A stretch of DNA of 64,000 nucleotides, taken from assembly GCA_951406725.2 (NCBI GenBank), contig OX597816.1:165540001-165604000 (forward strand). The letters are read 5' to 3'. The stretch's first letter is position 1. Every line of letters starts with the position of its first letter. Of this stretch, positions 1 through 13,640 are shown in pieces. Both the position numbers and the translations under genes were made by a program. The stretch comes from Octopus vulgaris. Its lineage: Eukaryota. The notes under the pieces were generated by a model, which did not search any database, had not been told where the DNA came from, and saw only the letters and a list, made by a program, of their open reading frames with translations.

Positions 1-191
1 GTTGGTGTGTTTACATCCCCATAATTTAGCACAAGAGACTAATAGAGTATATACTTGGCTTAAAAAGAAAACCAGAAAAATACTGGGGTTGATACATTTA
101 ACTAAAAATTCTTTGAGGTGGTGCTCTAGCATGGCCACAGACTAATGACTGAAACAAGTAAAAAACAAAACAAACAAAAAAACTCAATGTA

Positions 192-505
192 TCCTTTTAT
201 TTGTTTCAGTTATTTGATTGCAGCCATGCTGGAGCACCAAAGCCCAGTACTTATTCTATTGATCTCTTTTGCCAAACCACTAAGTTATGGGGACGTAAAC
301 ACACCAGCATCAGTTGCCAAGCGATGTTGGAGGGACAAACATAGACACCCAAATATATACATACACATATATACACATACATATATACGACAGGCTTCTC
401 TCAGTTTCTGTCTACCAAATTTGGCCCGAGGCTACAATAGAAGACACTTGTCCAAGTTGCCACACAGTGGGACTGAACCAGGAACCATGTGGTTGGTAAG
501 TGAGC
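192..505 (-). mobile_element. SINE family A copy (tRNA-like head, central microsatellite, GCATGGCCACAGTC tail)
   Basis: Reverse complement of the family A copies at 5722 and 30445. Confidence 0.8.
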
Positions 506-861
506 ACATGTGTATAATACTTGTGTATGTCTTGCCTGTTCTCATGTCTCTGTGCACTCACACTCCTGCTATACCCGGCCATGTGTGTGCTTATAAAGCT
601 ACATCAATAAAACGATTAGCAAATCACTCTACCAGGAATATGAAAAAAATACAAATTAATGCCGACTGTCCTTGCCTGTTAGTTGAAGTGTTAGAGTACA
701 TTAAGTCATTATTGTTTCTCATGATAAACAAACAAGTAATTTATGCGATATATCAACAGTTTTTCCCTGTTGGCTTTTATTATAACCATTCTGTGCTGTG
801 CAACTCAGCAGTGCATTAATGCCAGCCATATTCTGTAGGTTCTCCTCCTCTTCTTCCACCT

Positions 862-1255
862 CATCATCATCATTTAGTGTCCATTGTCCCCACTGGCATG
901 GGTTGGACAGTCAGACCAGGACTGGTAAGCTGGAAGGCTGCACCAGACTCCAGTCTGATTTGGTATGGTTTGCTATGGCTAGATACCCTTCCTAATGCCA
1001 ACCACTCTGAAAGTGTAATGGGTGCTTCTACGTGCCACTGGCATGGGTGCCATTTGCATGACACCAGTATCTGCCATGACTGCAATTTTGCTCGGCTTGA
1101 TGGGTCTTCTCAAGCATGACATAATGCCAAAGGTCTAAGTCATTGCCCCTGTGAGGCCCAACACTTGAAAGGAACTCAACCACTTTGCCTCCATGAGGCC
1201 CAACGCTTGAAAGGAACTCAGCCTCTTTGCCTCTGTGAGGCCCAGCGCTCGGCTG
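862..1255 (-). mobile_element. SINE family C copy with three internal ~36-bp tandem units (about 1145-1250)
   Basis: (CAT)n tail, cccttcctaa motif, repeated gaggcccaac.cttgaaaggaactca. Confidence 0.75.
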
Positions 1256-1702
1256 TGGATAGTTTTTTGGAACAAGAGAAATTGCTGGCTTCTAGTCCAA
1301 TCTGCTGCCATGTCTTGGAGGAATGGAACTCCGTGACTGGTTCTGATGACTCTCACACATCACTGCATAGCTGACTCAGAGAGGCAGGGAGACAGGCAGA
1401 GAGAGAGAGAGAGAGAGGAATGGGGAAGCACAAAGAAAGAGAAAGGTGAGAGAGACAGAGTGACAGAGAGGTGGGTAGGGACAGTAAAAGAGAGAGAACG
1501 AGAAAGCAGAATCAATCCCTAATATTTGACTGGTTCTTTACCGACCCCTGAAGGGTGAAAAGTGAAGCTGTCCTTGACTCAGAATGTAAACAACCAAAAC
1601 AATCTCAACAAGGCATTTATCTGGTACTCCTAGTCCAATCAACAGTCTGCCTTATCAACTATTAATTACAATTATCATTAAACATCAATAATTACAAACT
1701 AA

Positions 1703-2082
1703 TGTGGATGTGTGCATGCATGCGTGAGTATGCATGTGTGCATTTGTATATCTATGCAAGTGTGCGTATGTGTATGTATGTGTGCATATGCGTACAAATG
1801 CACATGAATATACATGTGTGCATGAGATTTTGTGTATGTGTGTGTGCAAGTATGCATCTGTGTGGGTAGGCATGTATATGCACATGCATGTGAGCATGCC
1901 AATATATGTCTATGCCTATGAATGTGCATGTGTATGTCCATGTGAGTGTGTGTGTGTCTGTATGTGTATGTGAATGCATGTGACTTAGTGTCTGTATGTG
2001 TGAGAGCATGTGTGTGTGTCTGTATGTAAATGCATGTGAGTTTGTGCTTGTAAGTGTGAGAGTGTGTGTATGTAGGGGTACG

Positions 2083-2129
<47 letters not shown>

Positions 2130-2230
2130 GTGTATGAGTATACATGTGAATGCTTCTGTTTTTGTGCCTGTATGTGTGAGAGCGTGTGTATGCATGAGTG
2201 TGTATGTGTGTGAATGCGTGTGCGTGCATC
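1703..2230. repeat. Compound degenerate (TG)n/(TATG)n/(GA)n microsatellite
   Basis: Direct reading; source of the His/Thr- and Cys/Val-rich spurious ORFs. Confidence 0.95.
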
Positions 2231-2700
2231 AAAATATTCACCCCTCAGCCTAGCAAAGATTGATACCAACAACTGTTTTAACAACAACAAAAACATTTCA
2301 CGAAAACAAAAACCAAAAATAAACAAAAAAAAAAATATAATCCTAATGAATCAAAGACAGACAATGCCAGCATTTCATAAGACTAACTCCAATGAGAGTA
2401 AACACACGCATACGATCACACACATACACACACACACACACACAGGGACATTTGCACACGCGTGCATGCACATGCACACAAACGTGTGTGTGCACAGAAG
2501 GAAAGAAGAGCAAGCGCAACAGTTACTATGGCATTTCTGAAGATGGTAAAATATCACATTATCGTGTCTGGCAGTAGTCTGTTCGTCCTTGACCAATACA
2601 CTGTTTTCTCGCGGAAGTCAAACTTGAAGAAAAATATTGACATAAACTTGCTATAATGAAGCTATTTGGTCTACTGCTAATATGGTTGTTATAAGTGTTC

Positions 2701-2778
2701 AATGATGGTGATGATGATGATGGTGGTGATGATGATAATGATGGTGGTGATGATGATGATGATGATGGTGGTGGTGGC
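2701..2778. repeat. (GAT/GGT)n microsatellite
   Basis: Direct reading. Confidence 0.95.
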
Positions 2779-2927
2779 TTGTTGATTGTTCCTTTCACTA
2801 CTTACAATGTCAAATGTCTTAATCCGTCATTTAAATAATACAGCTTCACTAAATACCATACAGGATTAGAAGAAGAATGATAACAACAACAATAATTATT
2901 ATTATTATTATTATTATTACTGCATCT

Positions 2928-3890
2928 AAGGCAGTGAGCTGGATGAAATGAAAGTGCACCAGACCAAATACTTCATAGCATTTTGTCTCTTACATTCTGA
3001 GTTCAAATTCCACTGGGTTGACTTTGTCTTTCTTCCTTTTGGGGTTAATTAAACAAGAACCAGCTGAGAACTAGGGGTTGATGTAAGCAATTTTTCCCCA
3101 CCCACCCCCCGAAATTGCTGGCCTTGTACCAAAAATTGAAATCACTATCATGATGAGCTGGCAGAATTGTTAGTACACTGGACAAAACGCCTCACAGCGT
3201 TTCATCTGTTTTTATGTTCCGAGTTCAAATTTCGCCGAGGTCGACATTGTTTTCATCATCTAGAGATTGATAAAATAAATTCTAGCTGGGGGTCAATGTA
3301 ATCAACTAAACCTTTCCCCCAGAATTATAGGCCTTGTGCCTATAGCAGAAAGGGTTTTTATTATAATTATCTTCTAGCAAATTTATTGAAAAGTGGGTGG
3401 ATATTGGAAAAAATGGCCAGTGCGAATGGACCAATTCTGAGGATACACCTCTAGAAACAATAAAAGGGCTTTTGCTCTGTTGATCAATAAACCCATACTT
3501 TTTGTGGGTTCTTCCACAAGTAGCCTTAAAGCGCCTCCCTCTATTGGGAGATTTTTTTCTTCTAATTTTATTTACATGTTCTAATACCCTTTATATCGTC
3601 CTGTTTTGTCATTTCATGTTGCTTTCATATTAGCCCTTGTGGCCAATAAAAGAATTTATTATTATTATTATTACTATTATTATTATAATCTAAGGCAGCT
3701 AGCATGCAGAATCGCTAGCACACTGAACAAACTGCTTAACAGCACCTGGTCCATCTTTGTGCCCCAAGTATAAATTCTGCCAATGTTGACTTAGCCCTTC
3801 ATCCTTTTAGGGTTGATCAAATAAGTTCCAGTTTAAACCTTGGGGTGAATGTAATTGACTAGCTCGTCCCCCAAAATTTCAGGTCTTGTG
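2928..3890 (+). mobile_element. Cluster of three SINE family B copies
   Basis: Recurrent ggc(g/a)gtgagctggcagaa...gagttcaaattcc (B-box-like)...tttcatcctttt core, with (TTA)n tails. Confidence 0.75.
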
Positions 3891-3914
3891 CATTTAATAA
3901 TAATAAATAAATGC

Positions 3915-4160
3915 GCCCTTTTAAAGCCTAACCAGGCTCATGGGCCCGGTTTCTCGGTTTCCATGGCGTATGAGTTCTCCAGCTGGATTGGACACCAGTC
4001 CATCACAGCGTTACTCATTTTTGCCAGCTGGGTGGACTGGAGCAACATGAAATGAAGTGTTTTGCTCAAGAATACAACACATTGCCTGGTTCAGGAATCG
4101 AAACCACGATCTTACGATCATGATACTGACACCCTAACCACTAAGCCACATGCCTCCACT
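3915..4160 (-). mobile_element. SINE family D (tRNA-like head; ttgagcaa..cacttcatttc central block)
   Basis: Head gtggcttagtggttagg...ggtttcgattcc on the minus strand; relatives near 8940-9185, 11700-11949, 28270-28385 and 31497-31850. Confidence 0.7.
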
Positions 4161-5103
4161 GTGCATTTAATAGAAAGACTATATTAGATACACACATTTT
4201 CAGCATATTCAGAGTAAAAAAAAGTTTTTAGTGCGTCGAACCATTTAAAATTGGCCCTGACTTTACATATAGGACCTAGGAGTGATCTTACGTTTTTGCT
4301 TTATGACACCACATAAAAAGCACCTGTGCTGGTGCCATGTAAGTTCAGTGGTTGAGGTAGGTCGATTACAGAGACCCCAGTACTCAACTGGCTCTTATTT
4401 GGATGAAAGGCAAAGTCGACCTCAGCAGAATTTGAACTCACAATGTAAAGGCAGATGAAATGCTGAAGAGCTGGAACAGCCCTCCAGCTTTCCAACTCTG
4501 GTCAAACCGTCCGACTCATGTCAGCATAGAAAATGGACATTCCATGAATGATAGTGATAATAATAGTAATAATAATGATGTCAAATTTTGGCACAAAGCT
4601 AGAAATTTTGAGAGAGGGGTAAGTCGATTACATCGACCCCAGTATTGAACTGGTACTTATTTTATATGATGAAAGACCAAGTCAGCCATGACAGAATTTG
4701 AACTCAGAACCTGAAAATGGACAAAATGCTGCCAAACATTTCGCCTGAGAAGCTAACAATCCTGCCAGCTCTCCACCTTAGATAAAAAATTTAAAAAATG
4801 TAAAGTAATAATAATAATAATAAATCATACATGACACATGCAGAAATAAATGACATGGAACTTGCTCTGTAGAGATGAAAATCCTACACAGAACATGCAT
4901 CTTAAAAGAATAATGATAAAGAAATAAAGTAAAAAGAAGAAAAAAGAAAGAAAATAACGGAACGATATTCAAGAATTTTTTTTTTGTTTTTTTTTTTTTG
5001 AAAACATCAGTTTTTTTTTTAACAAGGAATTTGGTTTTTCAAACTAGATTGAGATGGAACAAAAAAGCATCTACCACGGAGATTTGGCTTGCACCTAACT
5101 TAC

Positions 5104-5151
5104 CTTATGCAGTTTATGCAGAGTGTTTAACTCCGGCAGATCAAAATGCAC
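5104..5151 (-). CDS. Putative internal coding exon (VHFDLPELNTLHKLHK, 16 codons, phase 0-0)
   Basis: Polypyrimidine tract (ctgtcttttttgttctctttctg...cctag|) and donor AAG|GTAAGT; only the phase-0 frame is open, matching the phase of the 52682-52750 exon; unique flanks. Confidence 0.65.
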
Positions 5152-5721
5152 CTAGGATTTCCAAACGCAGAAAGAGAACAAAAAAGACAGCGGATTATGA
5201 ACAAAAAAAAGGAACCGAATGTGTTTTTTTTTTTTAAATCAAGAGAAGTTCGGGAATGTATCTAAAACAGTTAACTTCTAAAAATAAAAATAAAAACCCC
5301 CTTGCTTCCAATAAATCAAGCTATATTTCGCTAGATATTTATATTTTATAATTAAACAAAGAAAAAATTTGGAAGATCTCTAATTTAAATAATGCTAAGA
5401 TACTCAAATTTATGTAAATTAATTCAAATTCTATGCATTAAAAAATCCATCTCAAACTGTATTTAGGCTAAGGCACTAAGGAAGGTCTACCTATCTATCT
5501 ATCTATCTATAAACATTTACATAAATTCAAAAGGTGAGCTGGAAAGCACATGATACTGAACGATTGGTTCCACACTATTCATATGCTTGAAGTGGTTTGA
5601 CCACAGCCTTCCTAACTCGATAGTTAGGAACTGTACTATAATGAAAAGAAACAGAAATAATGCTGACGAAGGATGTCAGCTGCATCTGTTGCATAACAAG
5701 GCATTTAGGCTTAAGCCATTT

Positions 5722-5875
5722 ATGGGGGCTGTGTGGTAAGTAGCTTGCTTAACAACCACATAGTTCCGGGTTCAGTCCCACTGCGTGGCACCTTAGGCAA
5801 GTGTCTTGTACTATAGCCACAGGCCGACTAAAGCCTTGTGAGTGGATTTGATAGACAGAAACTGAAAGATGCCTG

Positions 5876-5923
<48 letters not shown>

Positions 5924-6115
5924 ATGTATGTGTTTGCTTGTGTGTCTGTCCTCCCACTATTGCTTGCTACGTCCCTGTAACTTAGCGGTTCGGCAACAGA
6001 AACCGATAGAATAAGTACTAGGCTTACAAAGAATAAGTATTAGATGTAGCTTTGTTTGACTAAAGGCAGTGCTCCAGCATGGTCACAGTCAAATGACTGA
6101 AACAAATAAAATAAA
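5722..6115 (+). mobile_element. SINE family A, near full length
   Basis: Head ggctgtgtggtaag...ggttcagtccc (A/B-box-like), central (TA)n, tail aaggcagtgctccagcatggtcacagtcaaatgactgaaac. Confidence 0.85.
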
Positions 6116-6116
6116 A

Positions 6117-6155
<39 letters not shown>

Positions 6156-6159
<4 letters not shown>

Positions 6160-6407
6160 CCGGTGGCATGTAAAAAGCACCATCCGTCCGTGGCTGTTTG
6201 CCAGCTCCGTCTGGCACCTGTGCGGGTGGCACATAAAAAGCACCCACTACACTCACGGAGTGGTTGGCGTTAGGAAGGGCATCCAGCCATAGAAACACTG
6301 CCAGATCAGACTGGGCCTGATGCAGCCTTCTGGCTTCCCAGACCCCAGTTGAACCGTCCAACCCATGCTAGCATGGAAAGCGGACGCTAAATGATGATGA
6401 TGATGAT
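6156..6407 (+). mobile_element. SINE family C (GTGCCnGTGGCAC modules, taggaagggcatccag body, (GAT)n tail)
   Basis: Family C layout. Other copies near 7680-7880, 10705-10930, 15105-15498, 26620-26825, 38530-38683 and 62319-62520. Confidence 0.85.
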
Positions 6408-6454
6408 ATATATATATACACATTATTTTAAGAAAGTTTTAAATCCTTATTTAA

Positions 6455-7173
6455 CCCTTTAGGACAGTTGTCTCCAACCTTTTTTTATACTATGGACTGG
6501 TTTTATGCTGGACAATCTTTTCATGGACTGGTGGTGGTACATGTGTAATTTAAGTGCATTTCAATAAAGAGAACAATGATAAAAAGAGCAATTTATTAAA
6601 AGGAAGAATTTGTGTATAATCATTTGACGCTCATGTCTGAGCTCTAGCCTGGCCATACACCAGCATGCTTAGTTTCCCTGAATCAATGCCTATTACACTA
6701 TTATAACATCAATATCAACTCACCATCATGTAGAATCAGTGGGAGCCCTTAGTTTGCTTCCGTGCAACTGGACATTCCCATCTGGGAGCAATGGGAGACA
6801 ACGACACTCGAAATAGGTTCTTTATGTCTAGTTTATTTTGTAATTTTGTTTTGGTTATTGTCACTACAGAAAACCCTGCTTATTTCTTTGCGGCCCAGTA
6901 ACAAATGATCCATGGACCAGTACCGGTCCGCGGCCCAGTGGTTGGGGACCTCTGCTTTAGCGCAAAAATTACTCTGACAAATGTAAAGGTTATTTACGCA
7001 TATTTTTATGAATTAATCATGACTTGTGTCATAGATTTGAGATTTTGATGATGCTATTGTCTATATTTAGAATGACATTGTAGAGTAGGTGTGAGAGACT
7101 TGATCTGGCCAGTGTGAACATAAAACAGCAGGCATATTTGGGCCGGATATGGCCCAGAAGAAATGCTAAGTGG
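6455..7173. mobile_element. piggyBac-type MITE (TTAA|CCCTTTAG...), interrupted by a hAT MITE
   Basis: TTAA flanks; an uninterrupted relative lies at 21505-21715. Confidence 0.75.
6465..6954. mobile_element. hAT (Charlie-like) non-autonomous element
   Basis: TIRs cagttgtctccaacc / ggttggggacctctg; 8-bp flanks ctttagga / ctttagcg. Confidence 0.8.
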
Positions 7174-8565
7174 TTAAACTGATAACTTAAATTCTTGTGA
7201 TGAAAATCATGTAGAGGAAATACAGTTCTAAATGCCTCGAGAAGTTCTACGGTTCACAACAGCATTTTATGTTCTGCAATAAAACAATGAGCAACTGGGT
7301 GAGAAATGCCTTCCTTAAAAATCTAGTGCCTATTCCTAACTACAAGGTGGAATGAGAGTCATTTCTAAGCACAAGAGAAAATTAGCACACGGAATCGCCA
7401 TTGTCATTATCTTCTTTTAATGCCCATCTTTCATACTGGAAGAAGATAGTTTGAGAGGATCCAACAGGTTGGAGGACTACATCACACACAAACGTGTGCT
7501 TTGGCATAGTTCCTGTGGTTCAATGTACTTCCTAACGCAAACCACTTTGCAGTGGGTGGTTTTATTTATGGTACCACCACTAGTTAGATTACCATGTCAC
7601 TGGCAACCTGCAATCCCCTTCAAATGAGTGAGACTAGAGAGTATAGAGAAAGAGGCAGTTCTATACAAGATTAGACTATCTGAATGTGATTGATGCCAGG
7701 CCTGCCTGACCGGCTCCTGTGTCAGTGGCACGTAAAAAGCACCCACTACATTCTTAGGAAGGGCATTAAGCTGTAGAAACTTTGCCAGATCAGATTGGAG
7801 CCAGGTGCAGGTGCTGGTTCTCGAGACCTCAGCTAAACTGTCCAACCCATGCCAGCATGGAAAATGGATGTTAAATGATAAGGAGAGTATGAGTAAAGAT
7901 GTTAGAAAAGACGGTTTGCTGAAGAGGGAATACATGGTCACTGGCACCATATAAGAATGGGTGGGAGTAATTGGGGTGGAGCTAGAAAGAGAAATAATGG
8001 TGGTAGTGGTGAAGAGGTGTTGGGTGGACCTATGACAGAAAAGGAGGAGGGGTAGATAAAGGGAGAGGGAAGGGTGGTTAGCAATGAGATGAGAGGAGAA
8101 AAAGAGTGACTCATTGTACCAAAATGACTTGGATATATATTGCCCTGCACATGTATGAGCAATAATTTCTAAATGTTTAAATAATGAAACATCAGATGCA
8201 CGCACGCACTCCTGTTAGAGCATTACTTTTTTTTCTTTCTCAAATACATATATTCGTTCATTCTTTTACTCTTAGAGCAACAACCCCCAACTACAGACTT
8301 GGTCGCCAAGGTAGTGGAAGCTATGAACTACTAGTTTTTCCCACCTGCATGCGATGGAATCTGTTTTCTATACATCTTCAGTATTTATTGCCCCGGCACA
8401 CAAAAACTATTTTCCCGGTTAACCTTCCTTTGATATTGCTCTACCTTCTATATGCCCATAGCTTACACTGGGTACATCATATGTGGTTTCTACTCACATC
8501 TTTTCTACAGATCAAGCAGGGTCATCTATCTGAAGGGGTTTGTGATTTGCCATCCTTCCTCCTGA

Positions 8566-8603
<38 letters not shown>

Positions 8604-8901
8604 GTATATACACAAATACACACACACAGACATATTTAAACATTGAATACTGTGGTTCCAAACAACCACAACACTGAAATGTATGTACAAAACACAATGT
8701 AAATTTGTCTTTCCTGTAATTTCTCCTACATTTATTTAGTATACCATAACCAGTATTACAATGGAAGATGATGATAATCTACATGGAACTCTAAACTTAA
8801 CACTAACAGTCATACATCTAACTATAAACACAAAATACATACATACACACATCATCATCATCATCATCATTTAACGTCTGCTTTCCATGCTAGCATGGGT
8901 A

Positions 8902-8942
<41 letters not shown>

Positions 8943-10149
8943 CCAACCAAACTATCAGATGTTACACATCACTGATCACAATGTGTTTTGCATTATTTTA
9001 GCCTTCTAATGATGCCACACTCCTGGCTGGGCAAGCAAACCTACATCTCCTCCTGATTGAAAAGGGGGCTAGAGCAGCATAAAAAAGTGTTTTGCTCAAA
9101 AACACATGCCACCCGGTCTGCGAACTGAACCCATGATCCAGCAATCACAAGCTCAACAGCCTGACCACTAGGCTATGCACCTTCATACACACAGATAGAT
9201 ATGTCATAGAAGTGTTAAAAAACACAACTAGTACTCAATTTGGGGAATTTTCCATGAAGCTGTTGAAGTGTACAGATTTTAATTCTTACAGCTGAAGTTG
9301 TAGAAAAATTGGACAAACTGCCACAATCTCATATATTCCTCGTACATTATTGGAATTCTAAATGATTTTTAACAGCACAATAGAAAAACAAGTGACAGAA
9401 AACTTGATGGAGAGTTCTCGTTAGAGTATGAGAGTGGATGTGATTTAATCTGGCCAGCTGGCTGCATCTATGCTTGACACTTATCTAATCAGTCAGTCAT
9501 TTTGGAATGAAAATGTATGACAATGGAGAACAATAACAAAATGGCAAATAAAACATGCTTTTTTCTGATTGGTTAATACAGATCTCATATTGGTGTCATG
9601 TGATTTCAACAGTTCAGATACTTCATGTACAGTTATTCCTCGCCATGTCACGGCTTAATATTTAAGCTTATGTCGATTCCCCCGTGGTGTAGTTTTGCCT
9701 TTATGATAAAATATATACAAATTATAAAAATAAAAACATATACAGTACTGTTTCTACTTTCACCTATCGCAGGGGGTTTTGGAATGTAACACCCTTGATA
9801 GTCTTGGGGTTACTGTATACATGAAATGAGATAAAACACTTTCAGGAAAGTCAAGGTGCAAGCAGGAGGTTTTAATCATATAGACCAGTGGTTCTCAACA
9901 GGAATTCCATACAGCACTTGGGGGTTCATATAAGATTTTGTTAAAAACCATGAGCAATAAATTGGTTTGACTCCTACAATACACATAATAATAATAATAA
10001 TAATAAACGATCCTTTCTCCTGGAGGTACAAGGCCTCATATTTGTGGGGAGGGAAGTAGTCAATTACATCGAACCCAGTGTTTCACTGGTACTTAATTTA
10101 TTGACCCTGGAAAGATGAAAGGCAGAATTTGATAATAATAATTATAATA

Positions 10150-10700
10150 ATAAATGCCCTGATGCAGCACCAGGCAGTGGCTCTCATAGCTTCTTATCTT
10201 AAGTGACTGGAAGTGTTATCATGTATAAAAGATGTTATCTTGGTATAAAAGATGGACTACAGCAAATATTCAGCTCAATACCTCAGATTTGCTTGTCAGT
10301 TGTTTGACCATAACCAGTTGAGCATCTTTGGTGGCAGACAATATGTGCATCTTTGGTCACGAGCATCATAGCCATATGTTGAGAGGAATTCTTTGGGGTT
10401 TGGATAATTCACTTTTTGAAACATGGGTATTTTGTTCAACATCCTTAAACAATCATTATTCAGGGACCTTTTTGAGTGAGATGGGCTACTCGACCTGAAG
10501 AAGATTTTAACTGGACCTCACCTGCAATGTCATGCACTGTTAATCTTGATATGAAATCACTCTGTCACAAATATATGGTTGTGATACATGTGCCTGGTGT
10601 ACCCTTATCAGATGCGTAGTCTCATTGGGTATATTGGGCTTCATATATTTTACCTCAGTGTATTTTTGATGGCATGCACTGCTCTCTCACTCATTAATAA
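10150..10700. repeat. Unclassified interspersed repeat, possibly retroposon-derived
   Basis: Bounded by (TAA)n tracts; composition differs from the flanks; no open frame. Confidence 0.35.
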
Positions 10701-12029
10701 TACAGATGTGGCAGATACTGGCGTCACACAAATTGGCACCTGTGCCAGAGGTATGTAAACGCACTCTGGTGTCATGCCGGTGGCACATAAAAGCACCTGT
10801 TACACTCTTGGAGTGGTTGGTGTTAGGAAGGGCATCCAGAAAACTATGCCAAATGAGACTGTCAGCCCTGGTGAAACCGTCCAACTCATACCAGCATGGG
10901 CGCAGATGTTAAAGGATGATGATGATGATGAATCTAGGTGTATTGCAAGAATCGGCATTACTTAGAACTGCACACATATTGCGTAAAGTACTGTCTGTCT
11001 GAGGTCCTTGTTGTGACTTGATAAACAGTACAAACCCCCCAGTAGGCCCAATATCTTCAATCAACAACATCACGATATTGTATACTGTGCGTCTATAATA
11101 ATAATAATTCCAAATTTTGGCACAATGCCATCAATTTTAAAGGGAGAGGAATAATTGATTACATTGACCTCTGTGCTTACCCAATAACAACAACAGTTGA
11201 TTTGCACACAAAGCTAGAAATTTTGAGAAGCAGCTTAGTTGATTATATTGGCCCCAGAACTGGGCTAGTACCTTATTTTATTGATGTTGAAAGATTTAAT
11301 TGTAAATTTGACCAGGGCTTTAAATGAAAAGAGCCACAAGAAATTGTTCTAAGTCCATTGCAGTTATGATTCAGCAAACTCACCATTTCTATCATAAAGA
11401 TAATTCTTTCTACTATAGACACAAGGCCTGAAATTTAGAAGGGGTGGGGTCTTGTTGATTACATTGACCCCAGTACTCAACTGGTACTTTTTTCCTCAAC
11501 TCTGAAAGGATGAAAGGCAGAGTCAACATTGGTGGAATTTGAACTCAGAACGTAAAACCAGAGGAAATGCTTCAAAGGATTTTGTAGACGTTACCAGTTT
11601 TCAATCAAACTGTCCAACCCATGCCAGCATGGAAAGCAGACAGTAAATGATGATGATGATGCTAATAATTCAGCCAGCTCCCTGCCTTATAAGAGAAGCA
11701 CTGTTAGTTAGGACAAGTGTTCCCATTGATCCAATCAATGGAGCAGCCTGCTCATGAAATTAACATGCAAGTGGCAGAGTGCTCCACAGACATGCATACC
11801 CTCAACCTAGTTCTAAAGAAGACTCAGTGCAACACAGTGTGCAACAAGGCTGGTCCTTTGAATTAAAGGTGCAACTTATTTTTGCCAGCTGAGCAGACTG
11901 GGTCAATGTGAAATGATGCTTTCTTCCTCAAGGACACACTGTGCAACAGCAGTGGCTCCTAACCTGTGGACCATAGGTGACCCACAAAGGTAGTACTGGG
12001 GGTCTCTGAACTAAATTCCAAATTTCATT

Positions 12030-12063
<34 letters not shown>

Positions 12064-12066
12064 CAT

Positions 12067-12111
<45 letters not shown>

Positions 12112-12212
12112 TATATATACACATATATATATATACACACATATATATATATACACACATATATATATATACACACATATATATATATACACACATATAT
12201 ATATATATACAC
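12030..12212. repeat. (TA)n(CA)n compound microsatellite with a ~18-bp period
   Basis: Direct reading; lies inside a hAT-like element at about 11950-12524. Confidence 0.95.
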
Positions 12213-12831
12213 CCAGTGGCACATTAAAAAGCACCATTCGAGTGAGACCAATACCAGTGCCGTCTGACTGGCCCCCATGCTGGTAGCACATAAAAAACAA
12301 CCACTACACTGTCGGGGTGGTTGGCATGCGGAAGGGCATCCAGCTGTAGAAACCTTGCCAAATCAGATTGGAGCAAGGTGCAGCCTCCCGGCTTGCCAGT
12401 CCTCCGTCATAGGAAGCAGACAAATGATGTTGATGATGAAGGGGAAGCATATTAAAAGGGGGTCTGTGAGAAAACTCATTTAACTAAAAAGGGTCCTTGG
12501 TAGTGAAAAGATTGGGAACTACTGTGCTGCAAGGAATCACAATCACAACAATGAGCGAAACATCAAAACTTTATAATAATGCTTAAAGCAGAATACATAT
12601 AAAGTGGAATATTGAGCATGTAAGTTCAAAAAGGTTAAAAACTCTGAATATGCAACAGAATGATGAAGATGAAAATTCTAAAGAGGTTAAATGGAGGATG
12701 GTTATGTTTTTAGAATGGTTGTAATATTAATTCTTGGCTTGGAACCAAAATAACCCATTGCAACACTTCATTTTTTTGATATTGTAATCAGAAAAATGAA
12801 TCAAGAAACAAATCTATTTCACATGTAAACT

Positions 12832-13640
12832 AAGAGGTGTAGACGTCGCTGTGAGAATTTTGCTTCCCAACTACATGGTTGTGGGTTCAGTCCCACTGTA
12901 TAGCAGCTCGGGCAAGTGTCTTCTATTATAGGCTGGGCCAACCAAAACTTTGTGAGTGGATTTAGTAGACGAAAACTGAAAGAAGCCCATTGTGTGTGTG
13001 TGTGTGTGTGTGTGTATGTAATATCTATGTGTGCGTGTAATAACTGTGCATGTGTATGTATATGTCCACCACCACTAAGCTTGTCATCTCATGCTGGTGG
13101 CATGCAATAAGCACTATTCATGCGTGGGTCATTGCCAGCACTGCCGGACTGGCTCCCCGTGCCGGTGGCATGTAAAAAGCAACATGGTCAATGCTAGCCC
13201 CTCTGCCCTGACTGGCTCCTGTGCTGGTAGGACATAAAAGGCACCATCCCAACGTGGCCATGGTCAGTGCTACCTGACTGGCACCTGTGCTGGTGGCATG
13301 TAAAAAGCACCTACTACACTCATGTTGGTTAGCGTTAGAAAGGGCATGCAGCTGTAGAAACCTTGCCAGATCAGATTGGAGCCTGGTGAGGCCTCCTGGC
13401 CTGCCAGTCCCCAGTCAAACTGTCTAATCCATGCCAGCATGGAAAACAGAAGGATGATGATGATGATGATATGTGCATGTGTGTCTTTGTCTATGTGTTT
13501 GACTCCGTAATTTAACTGTTCAGCAGAAGAGATCAACAAAATAAGGGCCAAATGAAAAAAAAAAAAGAAAGAAAAAGCACTAAAACCCCTTCAAGGTGGT
13601 GTCCCAGCATGGCTACAATCAAACGATGGCACGGTAAAAA
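12832..13640 (+). mobile_element. SINE family A interrupted by a family C element (about 13085-13470)
   Basis: A head to about 13080, C modules with a (GAT)n tail, then the A tail resumes. Confidence 0.75.

Noticed and set aside
145-819. 224-aa ORF, the longest in the track
   Set aside because: Reads through an antisense family A SINE and microsatellite; no domain or splice support.
1685-2596. His/Thr- and Cys/Val-rich ORFs
   Set aside because: Translations of (CA)n/(TG)n microsatellite.
2807-2849. Minus-strand exon-like segment (KLYYLNDGLRHLT) ending in GTAAGT
   Set aside because: Weak acceptor, and the only open frame is phase 1, incompatible with the phase-0 exon at 5104.
7597-8639. 202-aa and 151-aa ORFs
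   Set aside because: Low-complexity purine tract, SINE C and (TA)n; no recognisable protein features.
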